Source of the DNA: a virus
Lineage: Duplodnaviria; Caudoviricetes
IMG/VR virus record: IMGVR_UViG_3300026306_000003
Location: 1 to 38,344 of that record
Direction: 5' to 3' (one strand)
Length of the DNA stretch: 38,344 nt
The position numbers and the translations under genes were made by a program. Shown here one piece after another: positions 1 through 9,770 of the stretch. The notes beneath the pieces were generated by a model. It saw nothing but the letters and a program-made list of their open reading frames with translations. It did not search any database and had not been told where the DNA came from. The first letter of the stretch is position 1. Each line of letters starts with the position of its first letter.

Positions 1-1200
1 ATCTTCTTCAGCTTTTGCTAATCTTGCTTTTCTTCTTGCTTCGGCTGCATCTGCCAAAGCATCTTTCCGATTTTGAATCTTCTCTTGAATATTCTGACTT
101 TGATTTTCAATATCAATAATTTTTGCCTGTTGTTCGTTTACACGTTTGATTTCTTCATCTTGATCTCCTTGCTTGATTTTGTTTTCTTCAACTATCAATG
201 CAAGTCTTTCCTTTGCCAGTTTTAAAGCTTGCTGATTCACCTGAACTTCGATCTTTTCGGCTCTCTCTAATAGCTTGATTCTATCTGCTTCTGAAGTTTG
301 CCGGTTCTTTGCTTTGATCAATAATTCATCTATTTGTTTATTTGCTTTTGCTTGCGTTACGGTAAATTTACTTTCAGCATTATCGAGAGCATCCATGCGA
401 TCCGCTAAATCCCCCCCTGCTTTTACAGCCCTTGTAACTGATCCGGCAAAATCTGAAACGGCTGCTTTACCTTCTGCCATTGCTCCCTTAAAATCCCCTG
501 CAAATAATTTCACCGCTGCCCCACCTAAAGCCACCAAACGTTTTAAACCTTCCTGAACAATTGCATCAACTATACTCATAGCTTTTGCAAAAAAATCAGC
601 CCCTTCACCGGAAGATTTAAGTAATGAAGGCAATAATGTTAAGGCTGTAACAAGCAAACCAATCGGATTAGCTTTTAAGGCATCCCCCATGCCCGTAATA
701 GCTTTTCCAAATCCTCCCATCCCACCAATGGCATCCATTATTGCCCCTTTGTAATTACCTACATTTCGGGATGTATTACCAATTGCAGCTTCCTGTTCTT
801 TCAGATCATCAGAAAGTTTTTTAATCTCTTTCTGCATTGCCTTCCCGACTTCATTATTATTTCTTTCCTCTGCTGAAAGTTTAATGTATGCAGCCGTTAA
901 ACCTGAAAGCCTTGCACGATTTTCTTCAATGCTTCCTGTATTTTGTTTCAGTAAAGTTTGTGATGCTGTTAGCGTTCTTTGGTATGCGTTCTGCTGTGTT
1001 GTTAATGATTGGCTTTGCGCTTTAATTTCAGCCATCCCCCGAACATATTCAGCTTCCGTTTTTGTACCATCTTTAAAAGCTGCTTCTAATGCTTTCTGAT
1101 TCTCTTTTACTCTAAGCAGTTGAATACCTAAATCCGTAATTTCTTTTAATGCTCCTTCAGCATCAAGTTTTATTGACAATATTTCGGTTCTTTCTGCCAT
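1..1200 (-). CDS. Tail tape measure protein, N-terminal part (runs off window start; not in the ORF track)
   Basis: ATG at 1200 opens MAERTEILSIKLDAEGALKEI..., with no stop down to base 1. Helical and Ala/Lys/Glu-rich, with the NTSRNVGNY motif and ANPIGLLV hydrophobic segment typical of Bacteroidota phage TMPs. Confidence 0.85.
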   Translation of the reverse strand, partial: MAERTEILSIKLDAEGALKEITDLGIQLLRVKENQKALEAAFKDGTKTEAEYVRGMAEIKAQSQSLTTQQNAYQRTLTASQTLLKQNTGSIEENRARLSGLTAAYIKLSAEERNNNEVGKAMQKEIKKLSDDLKEQEAAIGNTSRNVGNYKGAIMDAIGGMGGFGKAITGMGDALKANPIGLLVTALTLLPSLLKSSGEGADFFAKAMSIVDAIVQEGLKRLVALGGAAVKLFAGDFKGAMAEGKAAVSDFAGSVTRAVKAGGDLADRMDALDNAESKFTVTQAKANKQIDELLIKAKNRQTSEADRIKLLERAEKIEVQVNQQALKLAKERLALIVEENKIKQGDQDEEIKRVNEQQAKIIDIENQSQNIQEKIQNRKDALADAAEARRKARLAKAEED

Positions 1201-1202
1201 AG

Positions 1203-3305
1203 CTATAATCGAATTAATTCAACCTCTGTAAGTTTTCCGGCTTGGAATTCTGAAATCTTATTTACATAAAAATAATTTTGATACTTCTCAATCCAAACCG
1301 GAATTGTAGCATCATAATTCGTTATATCATAAGCAGTTAAACGCGCCCAAATCTTTAAATACTTCAACTGATTTAAGATTCCTGAAAGTGAAGAATAGTA
1401 GTTTGGAATCACATATTTATCAAAATTCAGGCTTTGGTTTTGTCCTGATCTATCAAAATAAGTTAAAGGTGCAGAAATTTGGTTTCCATATCGAGTATCT
1501 AAAACGTGCCCAAAACCTTCTGCATCAAAATATCTGTTGGTGTTTCCTACAAAAGTATTACCTGAATAATAGGTTTGACCATCATAGATTATCTTACTGT
1601 AATTCAGAACTTTATAAGTTACACCATTCTCAATTAATCCTGAAAAAACCGCATAAGCTAAAATATAATTCACCATTTCAGTTCCTTGCAGCAAAACTCT
1701 TGGAACTATGCTTTGAAAATTATAACCTGATCCATTCCATGAATAATTATGAAGGAAAACCAATGGCAAATAGGTATTAGATTGATCAGAAGCAGCAAAT
1801 TCAAATTCAATCATATCAGCTTCTTTCGGCAAATTCAGATTATTGCATAAGATTTTGCCATTGCCTAAACCGGCTTTTACTGTAGGATCATCTTTATATT
1901 TAATCCAATTGATTTGAGCAAAATCCCCAAATTTATAGTTTAGGTTTTTTTCTGAAACAAATTTATCAGACCAATCTAAAGCTTTTGATGTGTTGGTTTC
2001 TATGCTTCTGAATTCTGCTAATTTCAGATTATTTCCAAATAGATCGGATTGGCATACTCCATTGTGAAGCTGCAAACAGAATTTTATGAAGTCCTTTTGC
2101 TTTACATCAGGCAGGAAATTTGTAAGCTTAACAATACCACCTTTAGGAAAAGTTTTTAATGGTGTTATTTTAAAATAATCTTGCCCCTGATTATAAATGT
2201 TAGCAGCCGGATAGTTTGAAGAATAATGAATATGGCAAATTGGATTCCTTACAAATCCGCTTTTTTCCTGAAACCGTATTCTTACTTCCAATACATCCCC
2301 AACGGCTAAAAGAACATTGTTTGAAGATACAACATAAAATGTATTGATTGGCTGTTCCTGATCCCCTGTAAATGTTGGGCTAAAATCCTGATTGGTTTGG
2401 TTCAGCATTACTCCATTTTTGTAAATGGCAATCCTGAAATTCACCGTACCACCGTAACCACAGCCAATACTTGCCATTAAACGACCTTCAACATTTACGA
2501 TTGCCGGATATTTGGCAACATAAACCTTATTGGAAGGATCATAGCAATTTGCCGATCCATCAGAATAGCCCCAAACAGAATCAGCATCAAAGTATGCTCT
2601 TTCTTCAAATTCACTCTGTTTGGTTCGCTTTCCTGCTGTTGTTCCGGCATTGGTAGTAATTGAATCTAAAAAATCCTGTGAATATTCAAAAGGTGTGATT
2701 GCAGGAATCAGAAGTTTGTTCATGAAATCACTATTCAAACCGGAATACGTGAAACCAGCTTCTGCTACGATCCGATCAAAAAGAAGCTTTCCAAAAACTG
2801 AAGGCTTTAAATCCTGCCAATGGATGGCAGAAAAATCCATCCATCCCCCTCTATCAATCAGATCATAAATGAAGTTTGCTCTGTTTGCTGTATTGGCTGA
2901 AACATTTTCAAAAGTCCACACATGATCAAATTCATCTAAATTCAATTCATTTAAATTCTTATCCCCTAAAGCATCAAAGAAGGATATATTGCCTGAATAA
3001 ACAGAAACATCAAAGAAGGATTTTTCAGAAGAAATGATTTCAGCTAAACCAAATGGTAAAATATCTCTGCCATCAGAAACCAGTTCAGCATCTAAAATTG
3101 TGTATGGCAAATCAGTTATACTTGAAATTTCATCAGCAAATCCTAAAGCAGATCGGGTTTCAGAAGTTGCTACTATTTGAAATGTATTGGTAAAAGAACT
3201 TTGAACGCTTTCCGGCTTTGCTAAATCATTTGCCTGAATAGTTGTAGCAATGATTTCCCCTTGCTTTAATGCCATCTTTTGCCCGTTCAAAAATAGTTCT
3301 GTCAT
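1203..3305 (-). CDS. Minor tail / baseplate hub-like protein (700 aa)
   Basis: N-terminal SSFTNTF, FLPDVKQKDFIK, LDWSDK and C-terminal YFYVNKISEF...TEVELIRL resemble Bacteroidota siphovirus tail proteins; adjacent to the TMP. Confidence 0.65.
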   Translation of the reverse strand: MTELFLNGQKMALKQGEIIATTIQANDLAKPESVQSSFTNTFQIVATSETRSALGFADEISSITDLPYTILDAELVSDGRDILPFGLAEIISSEKSFFDVSVYSGNISFFDALGDKNLNELNLDEFDHVWTFENVSANTANRANFIYDLIDRGGWMDFSAIHWQDLKPSVFGKLLFDRIVAEAGFTYSGLNSDFMNKLLIPAITPFEYSQDFLDSITTNAGTTAGKRTKQSEFEERAYFDADSVWGYSDGSANCYDPSNKVYVAKYPAIVNVEGRLMASIGCGYGGTVNFRIAIYKNGVMLNQTNQDFSPTFTGDQEQPINTFYVVSSNNVLLAVGDVLEVRIRFQEKSGFVRNPICHIHYSSNYPAANIYNQGQDYFKITPLKTFPKGGIVKLTNFLPDVKQKDFIKFCLQLHNGVCQSDLFGNNLKLAEFRSIETNTSKALDWSDKFVSEKNLNYKFGDFAQINWIKYKDDPTVKAGLGNGKILCNNLNLPKEADMIEFEFAASDQSNTYLPLVFLHNYSWNGSGYNFQSIVPRVLLQGTEMVNYILAYAVFSGLIENGVTYKVLNYSKIIYDGQTYYSGNTFVGNTNRYFDAEGFGHVLDTRYGNQISAPLTYFDRSGQNQSLNFDKYVIPNYYSSLSGILNQLKYLKIWARLTAYDITNYDATIPVWIEKYQNYFYVNKISEFQAGKLTEVELIRL

Positions 3306-3727
3306 TGTGTTAGAGTATTAAGTTTTGGCAATATGATTTCAAATGAAAGTGTTTGGTGTTTTACAAGCTGATCAACTGAAACAAATGTTCCATTATTGAT
3401 TTGCACCGGAATAGCTTCATCTGAATTAGGGAAATAAGCATAGACCTTTGGCGAAGTAAAAAGAGTTGCCAAACCTTCAGCCTGATTTGGTGAAAAGTTC
3501 ATTGTTCTTAAAGTGATGTTTGTTTCCCCTTGCTTGTAAAGTGTTTCTGTTTGCCTATCATCTTCACCGGCAAACAAAACAGAATCATTTACATCAATTA
3601 CTTTTGTAGTCTTACCGGAAAACAGCCATGTTTCAAAGTTATTTTCAGGACTGATCCAACGCAAAAGAACGCCATAAGGGGAACAATTATGTCGAATGTC
3701 AATTCTTTTTATCTCTGAAAGTATCAT
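3302..3727 (-). CDS. Tail protein (distal-tail-like C-terminal domain), 141 aa
   Basis: LRWISPENNFETWLFSG and LFTSPKVY resemble the L.W.N..G..D.W.F / L..SP.V pattern of Bacteroidota phage tail proteins; 4-bp overlaps with both neighbours. Confidence 0.5.
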   Translation of the reverse strand: MILSEIKRIDIRHNCSPYGVLLRWISPENNFETWLFSGKTTKVIDVNDSVLFAGEDDRQTETLYKQGETNITLRTMNFSPNQAEGLATLFTSPKVYAYFPNSDEAIPVQINNGTFVSVDQLVKHQTLSFEIILPKLNTLTQ

Positions 3728-5202
3728 TGCTCTACAATTCTAAAACCAAAACTGAAACCGGATTCAATTATAAAAGCTGATCCGGCAGGAACGTTTGCAA
3801 TTACATTTCCTGCTCCATCTCTGATTTGCACTACTTTTGGCAGAACTTCAGGGGGAACAACTTCACCTTCATAGCAATCAGCATTTTGTTCCCTAAAAGC
3901 AGTATTCAAACAAACTTCCATGTAAGAAACACAATACAAAACCGGATCATTAATTTCAAACCTTACAAAACCAGTTTGAAAAACCTGATCCGAAATTCTT
4001 TGAACCAATCTATTTTGAGAATCAAAATATGATCTTTCTAAATATAAAGGATTATAAACCGATCCATTATAATAGGCTGAATCATCAATCAGGATTGCTA
4101 AACAAACAGGTTCATTTGCAAATTTAACCGGAACATCAAAAGCAGTTAAAAAATCTGCCTGTGAAGCTGATTCCTGATTAGGTATTTGCTGCAAAACATT
4201 GGATATAATCGTATCTGCTGCTTTTGGTAATGCAACCCTAATAGCATTCCGTTTTGGATAAGGCAACCGGCTTTCTGCAATGCTCTTTCCATCAAAAGAT
4301 TCAATGATTCCGATTTCAAAAGGGAAAATTGCTTCTGCATCATTTGAAATCAATCCGTTTCCTACTGAAAGATTTAAAAGCCCCCTCTGCAAATCTTTGG
4401 AAATATCAACTTTGATTTTGCCGTTCCGAACCCTTGCAACTTTTGAAGCTATTAAAATATTGCTCCCCCCTAAATATAGATTTAAGGTTATGTAATGTCG
4501 GGTTTTCAGTTTAGCCGGAAAACCTGTTGTTGGTGAATAGGTTTTTTCAATCCAAATTGGATTTGGCATTGTGCCACCTGTAGCATAATATTTTGGATTG
4601 AAAACACAAGTTCCATTATCTACAGTTGCATCAGGATTGTAATTATCAGCATCAGGATTTGTGCAACCGTATCTTGGATCAGGTTTAATTGCAAAAGGCT
4701 TTGAAGCTATGCAAGTTGTTTTAGCTTTATATCTTACATAAGCATTGTAATTTCCTGCTGAAACTCCATTGAAAACATTGGATGTTTGCCAGTTTAAACC
4801 ATTGATTGAATATTCCTTTGCTCCATTTATTCCGGTTGCAGTAATGGTTGCTGTTCCATTTGCTACAGGAACAGCAGCAGTTGTTGTTACTATGTTTGAA
4901 ATTACCAAATCACAGTTGAAACAGTCTATTACAAGTGTTGCAGTAGTGTAAACCGTTCCGTTTATTTTAACTGTGCCCTGCTCTCCATTCTGCCAACATT
5001 CTACAGAATAAGTATCTGAAGGGAGTAAAGAAACTACATCAGGCAATAAATTTGGGGGAAATGTACGGGCAAAACTTAATGTAGCTGAATAGATTAAAAC
5101 GTAAACCTGTGATTGGCTTTCAACGCTGATAGAATCAATGCTTATAAAGCCTGTTCCATCTGTATTACATCCTGTAGAAATATTTGCCTGAAGTAATGCC
5201 AT
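3724..5202 (-). CDS. Tail structural protein with SprB/Ig-like repeat and GCT-P-A-NY motif (492 aa)
   Basis: NGTATITATG...EYSING..WQ.SN.F....AG.Y resembles an SprB repeat; also YGCTNPDADNYNPDATVDNGTC; lies in the tail module. Confidence 0.55.
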   Translation of the reverse strand: MALLQANISTGCNTDGTGFISIDSISVESQSQVYVLIYSATLSFARTFPPNLLPDVVSLLPSDTYSVECWQNGEQGTVKINGTVYTTATLVIDCFNCDLVISNIVTTTAAVPVANGTATITATGINGAKEYSINGLNWQTSNVFNGVSAGNYNAYVRYKAKTTCIASKPFAIKPDPRYGCTNPDADNYNPDATVDNGTCVFNPKYYATGGTMPNPIWIEKTYSPTTGFPAKLKTRHYITLNLYLGGSNILIASKVARVRNGKIKVDISKDLQRGLLNLSVGNGLISNDAEAIFPFEIGIIESFDGKSIAESRLPYPKRNAIRVALPKAADTIISNVLQQIPNQESASQADFLTAFDVPVKFANEPVCLAILIDDSAYYNGSVYNPLYLERSYFDSQNRLVQRISDQVFQTGFVRFEINDPVLYCVSYMEVCLNTAFREQNADCYEGEVVPPEVLPKVVQIRDGAGNVIANVPAGSAFIIESGFSFGFRIVEQ

Positions 5203-5209
5203 TTTTTAT

Positions 5210-5719
5210 CTACTCTTTAACTGCATTCAATAAAACAGATTTTGCCTGTATAGAAAAAAGTTCTAAAAGCTGTTTCCCCAAATTCAATATCTTTTCCTCT
5301 GAAATCGCATTTTGTAAAGTTCCTGAAGGTTTTCCGCTTTGATATAACAAAGTTCCTTTTTTGTGAATGTTTGAAGCAATTGCCCATGAAATTGAGTTTC
5401 TTTTTTTTTCTGTTTCATTTGTGGCAACCGGCTTATCGTCCATCCAAATTCTAATTCTTTGTTGCAAAGTTTGCCCTGATCCGGTTGATTTCATTGTTGG
5501 TTTTCTGCCAAACTCCAAAGCAAAAATGTGTCCTGCTCCCGATATGATCAATGTTTCCCCCTGCCATTCCCAACTTAAAGAAGCTGCTGTTTTTCCTGAA
5601 GCATTTGCCGGTTTACCATTGTAAACAGGTTTGGTTTTTATATTTTCCTGAATTTCCTTTATCACTTGATCAGCAAATTCTTCAATCTTCTTTTTTGCGG
5701 TTTCAGTAAGTGTTTCCAT
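5210..5719 (-). CDS. Tail completion / neck protein (HK97 gp10-like)
   Basis: NASGKTAASL...ALEFGRKP...IRIWM...SWAIASNIHKKGT pattern; position in the tail module. Confidence 0.6.
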   Translation of the reverse strand: METLTETAKKKIEEFADQVIKEIQENIKTKPVYNGKPANASGKTAASLSWEWQGETLIISGAGHIFALEFGRKPTMKSTGSGQTLQQRIRIWMDDKPVATNETEKKRNSISWAIASNIHKKGTLLYQSGKPSGTLQNAISEEKILNLGKQLLELFSIQAKSVLLNAVKE

Positions 5720-5722
5720 GAT

Positions 5723-6163
5723 TCAAATGATTTCAAAACAAAGATCAACCGGAACTTTCAAAGTGAAGCTGCAAACAATGCCAGTTAAACAGGCATCTGA
5801 AAATCTATAAATGAAATCACGTGAAACAATGATTTCAGAAAATTCATCTTGTTCAGAAAGAATGCTGAAATAGTTCCGGCTTAAAATTTCCATTCTGAAA
5901 TGAATATCTTTTTGATCCTGATCATTGGAATTATTTTGATCCTGATCCAAAAAGCCAATAAAGATTTGAATTGATTTGATTGCTTTATCAGTATCTAAAA
6001 CATCATTGAAGGGATCAACCTGTATCTGTGGCATTGCTTCAGATCGTTGTTGTTGATGATGCTCCTTTATACCATAATGAAACAGCCCCTTCCCTTCATA
6101 CATTGAAGAAAAACATTCATTTGCTGCTGATTGCAGGATGTTCAGAATATCTTGATATTTCAT
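5723..6163 (-). CDS. Putative tail terminator protein
   Basis: 146 aa, acidic, C-terminal RFSDACLTGIVCSFTLKVP..LC; next to the gp10-like gene. Confidence 0.5.
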   Translation of the reverse strand: MKYQDILNILQSAANECFSSMYEGKGLFHYGIKEHHQQQRSEAMPQIQVDPFNDVLDTDKAIKSIQIFIGFLDQDQNNSNDQDQKDIHFRMEILSRNYFSILSEQDEFSEIIVSRDFIYRFSDACLTGIVCSFTLKVPVDLCFEII

Positions 6164-6235
6164 GATAGATTATACCAATCAGGAATTATCAGGTTAATGG
6201 AGCAATGAAAAAACAGTTAATTCCTTAAAATGAAT

Positions 6236-7480
6236 TCATTTGAAAGTTCTGCTTTTGTTCCGGCTTCCTACTGATTTTGTTTTGGGTTTGCTTGGAGCAT
6301 TTAAGGAAAGTTTCTTTGTGGCAATGTATCTTGCAGCATCCCACAAATGATTGTCAAAATCAATCGGTTTATTCAGGCTGTTCCCGTTTTTGTCTTGTGC
6401 CCATTTATATTTTTTGCGCTCCTTCTCTAAATTTACTGATCCGGCTGTGATATTGATTTTATACCGTTTCAGAATATCAATACCGTTTTTTATTGAATCT
6501 GCTCCCTTTACTGCTCCTTCTACATACCAATTCAATTTTTGAAGTTCTGCAATGCTTTTTGGCTCTGCTGAATCAGCAATAATTATATCATTCCGGCTTA
6601 CTTCAAGATCATCAAACCGTTCTGAAATATCGGCATTGGTTAAACCTCTTTCATAAATCAATTCATTTAAAATAATTTCCCCATCCTGAAGATATAATTC
6701 AATGGCTGCTGTAGGATCGTTGGTGAACCCAAAATCTAAGCCAATACCTAACAGTTTAGCATCATCAGGAACAGCAGGAATTATTGTAACTTCAGGAAAT
6801 ATCAAGCCGGAAATGTTGCCATATTCACCCATTCCAAATACCTTCCAAAACATCGGATCAACTTTTTGAAGATATTCAATCTCTGCTCTTGTAGTTTTAT
6901 CGAGAAAAGTATTATGTGTATAGTTTGAAACAATTACTTCAACATCCCCCTTATCAAATTGCCTTCTTTGCTCTAATTCTGTATTGATCCAAACATTAAT
7001 ATCATCAGGATTGAAATCAATAAATACATCATCTGTTGTTCTTACAAGCAACTGAAAGAATTCTGTTTTATAGTTCAGTTCATTGGCTTCATTGCAAAAT
7101 AGGATTGATCTTTTGCGTCCTCTTACCTTTTGCTGATTATCAGCAGAAAAGAATTCAATTACTCGATCTTCATAAGTTAAAGTATGCTGTGATTTATCTT
7201 CTTTCACAAACCGGAATAAATCCTTTTGATGAAGGATTTCAATTATATCTCTGTAGGCTGAAGCTTTCAATGCAGGAAACGTTTTTCTGACTACAGAAGC
7301 ATAACCGCACATGATATATCTATCCTTGCTTATTTGCCCTGTAAACAGCCACCAAACTAATAATTGGCAAATTGAATATGTTTTGGAACTCCGAGTGCCC
7401 CCCCTGTTTATTTTAATCCTTTTATCAGAATCAAAATTGCGTTCCAGTAATGGAGTTGTATCAAATTTCAGATCAATCAT
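6236..7480 (-). CDS. terL: Terminase large subunit, PBSX/SPP1-like
   Basis: Walker A GGTRSSKT, Walker B ILFCNEA, DFNP motif, nuclease GLDFGFTNDPT, ADSAEPKSI, DNHLWDAARY. Confidence 0.95.
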   Translation of the reverse strand: MIDLKFDTTPLLERNFDSDKRIKINRGGTRSSKTYSICQLLVWWLFTGQISKDRYIMCGYASVVRKTFPALKASAYRDIIEILHQKDLFRFVKEDKSQHTLTYEDRVIEFFSADNQQKVRGRKRSILFCNEANELNYKTEFFQLLVRTTDDVFIDFNPDDINVWINTELEQRRQFDKGDVEVIVSNYTHNTFLDKTTRAEIEYLQKVDPMFWKVFGMGEYGNISGLIFPEVTIIPAVPDDAKLLGIGLDFGFTNDPTAAIELYLQDGEIILNELIYERGLTNADISERFDDLEVSRNDIIIADSAEPKSIAELQKLNWYVEGAVKGADSIKNGIDILKRYKINITAGSVNLEKERKKYKWAQDKNGNSLNKPIDFDNHLWDAARYIATKKLSLNAPSKPKTKSVGSRNKSRTFK

Positions 7481-7847
7481 TATTTCGTTTAATGTTTAAT
7501 GTGAAACTTGAAAAGGTACTTCTGAAATCTTTTTCCGGTTCTTGCTTTTCTGAATATCCTCTTTTCTTTCCTCTTGTTTTCAGAAAGAATAAAATTGAAA
7601 CTTCTTTGCCCTTCCTGATATTGTGCAGCAGTTTTGATTCTACAAAATCCAAAACGTTTTCTTCAACTTCTTCAACTGAAGCAGCAAAATCAGGATCATC
7701 ATTTTTCCATTTATAAAATTGCGTTCTTGAAAGTCCAGTTGCTTTACAGGCATCTTTCACAATGCCCAAATGCTTTTCTAAGGCATCCAAAAACCTTTTT
7801 TTATTGGTGTTCGTTTTGTTCGTTTCTTTTTCATTCTCGGAATCCAT
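7473..7847 (-). CDS. terS: Terminase small subunit (HTH)
   Basis: KKRFLDALEKHLGIVKDACKATGLSRTQFYKW..DDPDF HTH and LFFLKTRGKKRGY; directly upstream of terL. Confidence 0.85.
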   Translation of the reverse strand: MDSENEKETNKTNTNKKRFLDALEKHLGIVKDACKATGLSRTQFYKWKNDDPDFAASVEEVEENVLDFVESKLLHNIRKGKEVSILFFLKTRGKKRGYSEKQEPEKDFRSTFSSFTLNIKRNND

Positions 7848-7961
7848 AATAAATTAGATTAGACCAATTTATTATACTATCAATCTGAAACATTTGTGTT
7901 TAAAATGAATCCAATTAAAAAGTAGTTCTTCAGATTGATCTATTCATTCATTGCCGGAATA

Positions 7962-7994
7962 CAAAAAAAAAAGGGAGTTAAAAACCCCCTTCTT
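7962..7994 (-). terminator. Probable intrinsic terminator after the DUF932 gene
   Basis: Imperfect AAGGGGGTT/AACTCCCTT stem followed by a long T run on the minus strand. Confidence 0.6.
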
Positions 7995-8017
7995 AATTCA
8001 CAATGAAAACTTTTATA

Positions 8018-8866
8018 TTATGCCATTACTAAATCTGCAAACTCCATTGCTTGCTTATTCATTATTGAACCATGCCCGATCACATTACCAAATACTTTTT
8101 CTGCTTTTGAAACGTGTGTTGTATAATGTGTAACTCCGTGAAACAAACCAAATAAATTCATTCCTAAATCTGCTGTTTCTCTGCTTACTGATTCTCTGAA
8201 GCTTTCAACTAAATTTGCTTTTCTTGTTGAAATTTTTTCTTCTTCTGAATCCATTTTGAAAAGTCTTTCAGTTAAAGCAACAATGATTTTTTCATCAATT
8301 TTTACTTTCTGCATTCTTTCCATTTTCTGATCAACTTCTAATCTTTCTTGTTGGTAGGTTTGAAAGTATCTTAAAAGCTGATCAATCTTTACATCATTGT
8401 TTTTTGAATGGTAGGCTTTCATTTTTTGTGAAACGCTGCTGAATTGATTCATGCACCGGATCATCAAATCTGAAGTACCTATGAAAAAGCTTGTTGTTCC
8501 ATCATGTGAATTTCCAATCACCATGTAGTTTTTCATATCCCAATCCATCAGCTTTGTATTTTCTTCAGCCTGAAGATATGAAAGAATGATTTTACCATCT
8601 TTAAATTCATCATATCCGGCAATCTTCATTCCTGTCATTTCTGAAAGCCTTTCAGTTACTTCTATCTGTCTGCTGTTTGGCGTTGGTGTATAAGTGCTTT
8701 TAGCTACGTTTAGAAGTGTTCCGTTATCATCACGGCTTATTACTTTATAATCAGGAATAATCAATCCTGAAGCAGTCATGATTTCCTCTGTTTTGATCTC
8801 CCAATTTAAAGAAGATTGTAATTGAGTTGCAAATTTGGCTGTGGTTGCTGTTGTTAAAGTTGTCAT
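8018..8866 (-). CDS. DUF932/DUF945-family phage/plasmid protein
   Basis: LNWEI..., YTPTPN, IGNSHDGTTSF, MIRCMNQ and LFGLFHGVTHYTTH motifs. Confidence 0.75.
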   Translation of the reverse strand: MTTLTTATTAKFATQLQSSLNWEIKTEEIMTASGLIIPDYKVISRDDNGTLLNVAKSTYTPTPNSRQIEVTERLSEMTGMKIAGYDEFKDGKIILSYLQAEENTKLMDWDMKNYMVIGNSHDGTTSFFIGTSDLMIRCMNQFSSVSQKMKAYHSKNNDVKIDQLLRYFQTYQQERLEVDQKMERMQKVKIDEKIIVALTERLFKMDSEEEKISTRKANLVESFRESVSRETADLGMNLFGLFHGVTHYTTHVSKAEKVFGNVIGHGSIMNKQAMEFADLVMA

Positions 8867-8896
8867 TTTTTTAGAGTTAAAAAGGTTTGTTGTTTT

Positions 8897-8937
8897 TTGA
8901 TGATGTAAAAGTACTGCTTATTACGTTACGTAACAAA
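8897..8937 (-). promoter_or_regulatory. Repeat promoter P1 (subtype B, GTTACGTAAC in spacer)
   Basis: Minus strand TTG-N20-TACTTTTA-CATCATCAA; Bacteroidota -33/-7 geometry. Confidence 0.8.
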
Positions 8938-8959
8938 TAAAAGTTAAAAAAAAGTTGGT

Positions 8960-9172
8960 TTATTTTTTAAGGCTGATCAAACCCTTTTCAATTTTTTCTT
9001 GAATGTATTTAATACTATGTTTGTAGATTTCTTTTTTATATCCATTTTTTTCAATGTGCATGATTCCATTTGCAAAATCAATTCCAACGATTTTAAAATA
9101 ATACCAGTTTGCAGTTTCTTTGTAGATTTGACCTTTTTTTAATTCTGAAGTGATAGTTGCTGAAGTATTCAT
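8960..9172 (-). CDS. Hypothetical early protein, 70 aa (start revised to MNTSAT)
   Basis: The ORF-track N-terminal extension runs through promoter P2; ATG at 9172 follows an A-rich leader. Confidence 0.7.
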   Translation of the reverse strand: MNTSATITSELKKGQIYKETANWYYFKIVGIDFANGIMHIEKNGYKKEIYKHSIKYIQEKIEKGLISLKK

Positions 9173-9203
9173 TTTTTTGTATGTTTTAAAGTGATTTGCT
9201 TTA

Positions 9204-9259
9204 TTGATGATGTAAAGGTACAACCCTTATTTTTATGATGCAAGCTTTCAACAAAAAAA
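9204..9259 (-). promoter_or_regulatory. Repeat promoter P2 (subtype A)
   Basis: TTTTTTTGTTGAAAGC-TTG-CATCATAAAAATAAGGGTTG-TACCTTTA-CATCATCAA. Confidence 0.85.
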
Positions 9260-9265
9260 GTGAAA

Positions 9266-9430
9266 TTATTTTTTTCTTTCTTTTCTGATATAAGATTCTA
9301 AAGAAAGTGAACCTTTATGTGAACCTTTTCTTTTAAAATATTCATCTAAATAAATAGCCCATTTATCAGCCAATTCATTTTTTTCTTGATTGATATTTGA
9401 AGTAGTTCTTCTTTCTCCGTATGCTTTCAT
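9266..9430 (-). CDS. Hypothetical basic protein, 54 aa (not in ORF track)
   Basis: MKAYGERRTTSNINQEKNELADKWAIYLDEYFKRKGSHKGSLSLESYIRKERKK fills the space between P3 and P2. Confidence 0.7.
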   Translation of the reverse strand: MKAYGERRTTSNINQEKNELADKWAIYLDEYFKRKGSHKGSLSLESYIRKERKK

Positions 9431-9445
9431 GATGTTCTTTCTTTA

Positions 9446-9491
9446 TGATGATGTAAAGGTACAACCCTTTTTTTTTATGATGCAAGCTTTC
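9446..9491 (-). promoter_or_regulatory. Repeat promoter P3 (subtype A)
   Basis: GAAAGC-TTG-CATCAT-A9-GGGTTG-TACCTTTA-CATCATCA. Confidence 0.85.
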
Positions 9492-9497
9492 AGCAGA

Positions 9498-9689
9498 TTA
9501 TTTTTTATTCAAATGATATTCAGCCATTTTAATAGCTGATTTTTTAGTTGGGAATTCTTGTGAACCATCCCGATCATTTAAATAAGGAACTTCAATGTAC
9601 CATTTACCTGTTCCGGCTTTCCATACAAAAAAAGTAACTCCATTGAATGAATAAGAATAAGCCGGATATGATTGATATATTGTTTTCAT
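9498..9689 (-). CDS. Hypothetical early protein, 63 aa (paralogue of 14312-14569)
   Basis: Single gene between P4 and P3; WY..V and F.TKK.A motifs. Confidence 0.75.
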   Translation of the reverse strand: MKTIYQSYPAYSYSFNGVTFFVWKAGTGKWYIEVPYLNDRDGSQEFPTKKSAIKMAEYHLNKK

Positions 9690-9712
9690 GATGTTTGTTC
9701 TGCTGTTGTTGT

Positions 9713-9770
9713 TTGATGATGTAAAGGTACAACAATTTTCTGAAGTTGCAACATTCCAACAAAAAAAAAA
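9713..9770 (-). promoter_or_regulatory. Repeat promoter P4 (subtype C)
   Basis: TTG-CAACTTCAGAAAATTGTTG-TACCTTTA-CATCATCAA. Confidence 0.85.

Noticed and set aside
275-7849. Plus-strand ORFs in the track (also those across 10.7-38.3 kb, apart from 22396 and 37288)
   Set aside because: Antisense shadows of well-supported minus-strand genes, with atypical composition.
8898-9770. Tandem repeats as a CRISPR array
   Set aside because: Intervals are about 240-310 bp and contain whole ORFs, the repeats match promoter geometry, and there are no cas genes.
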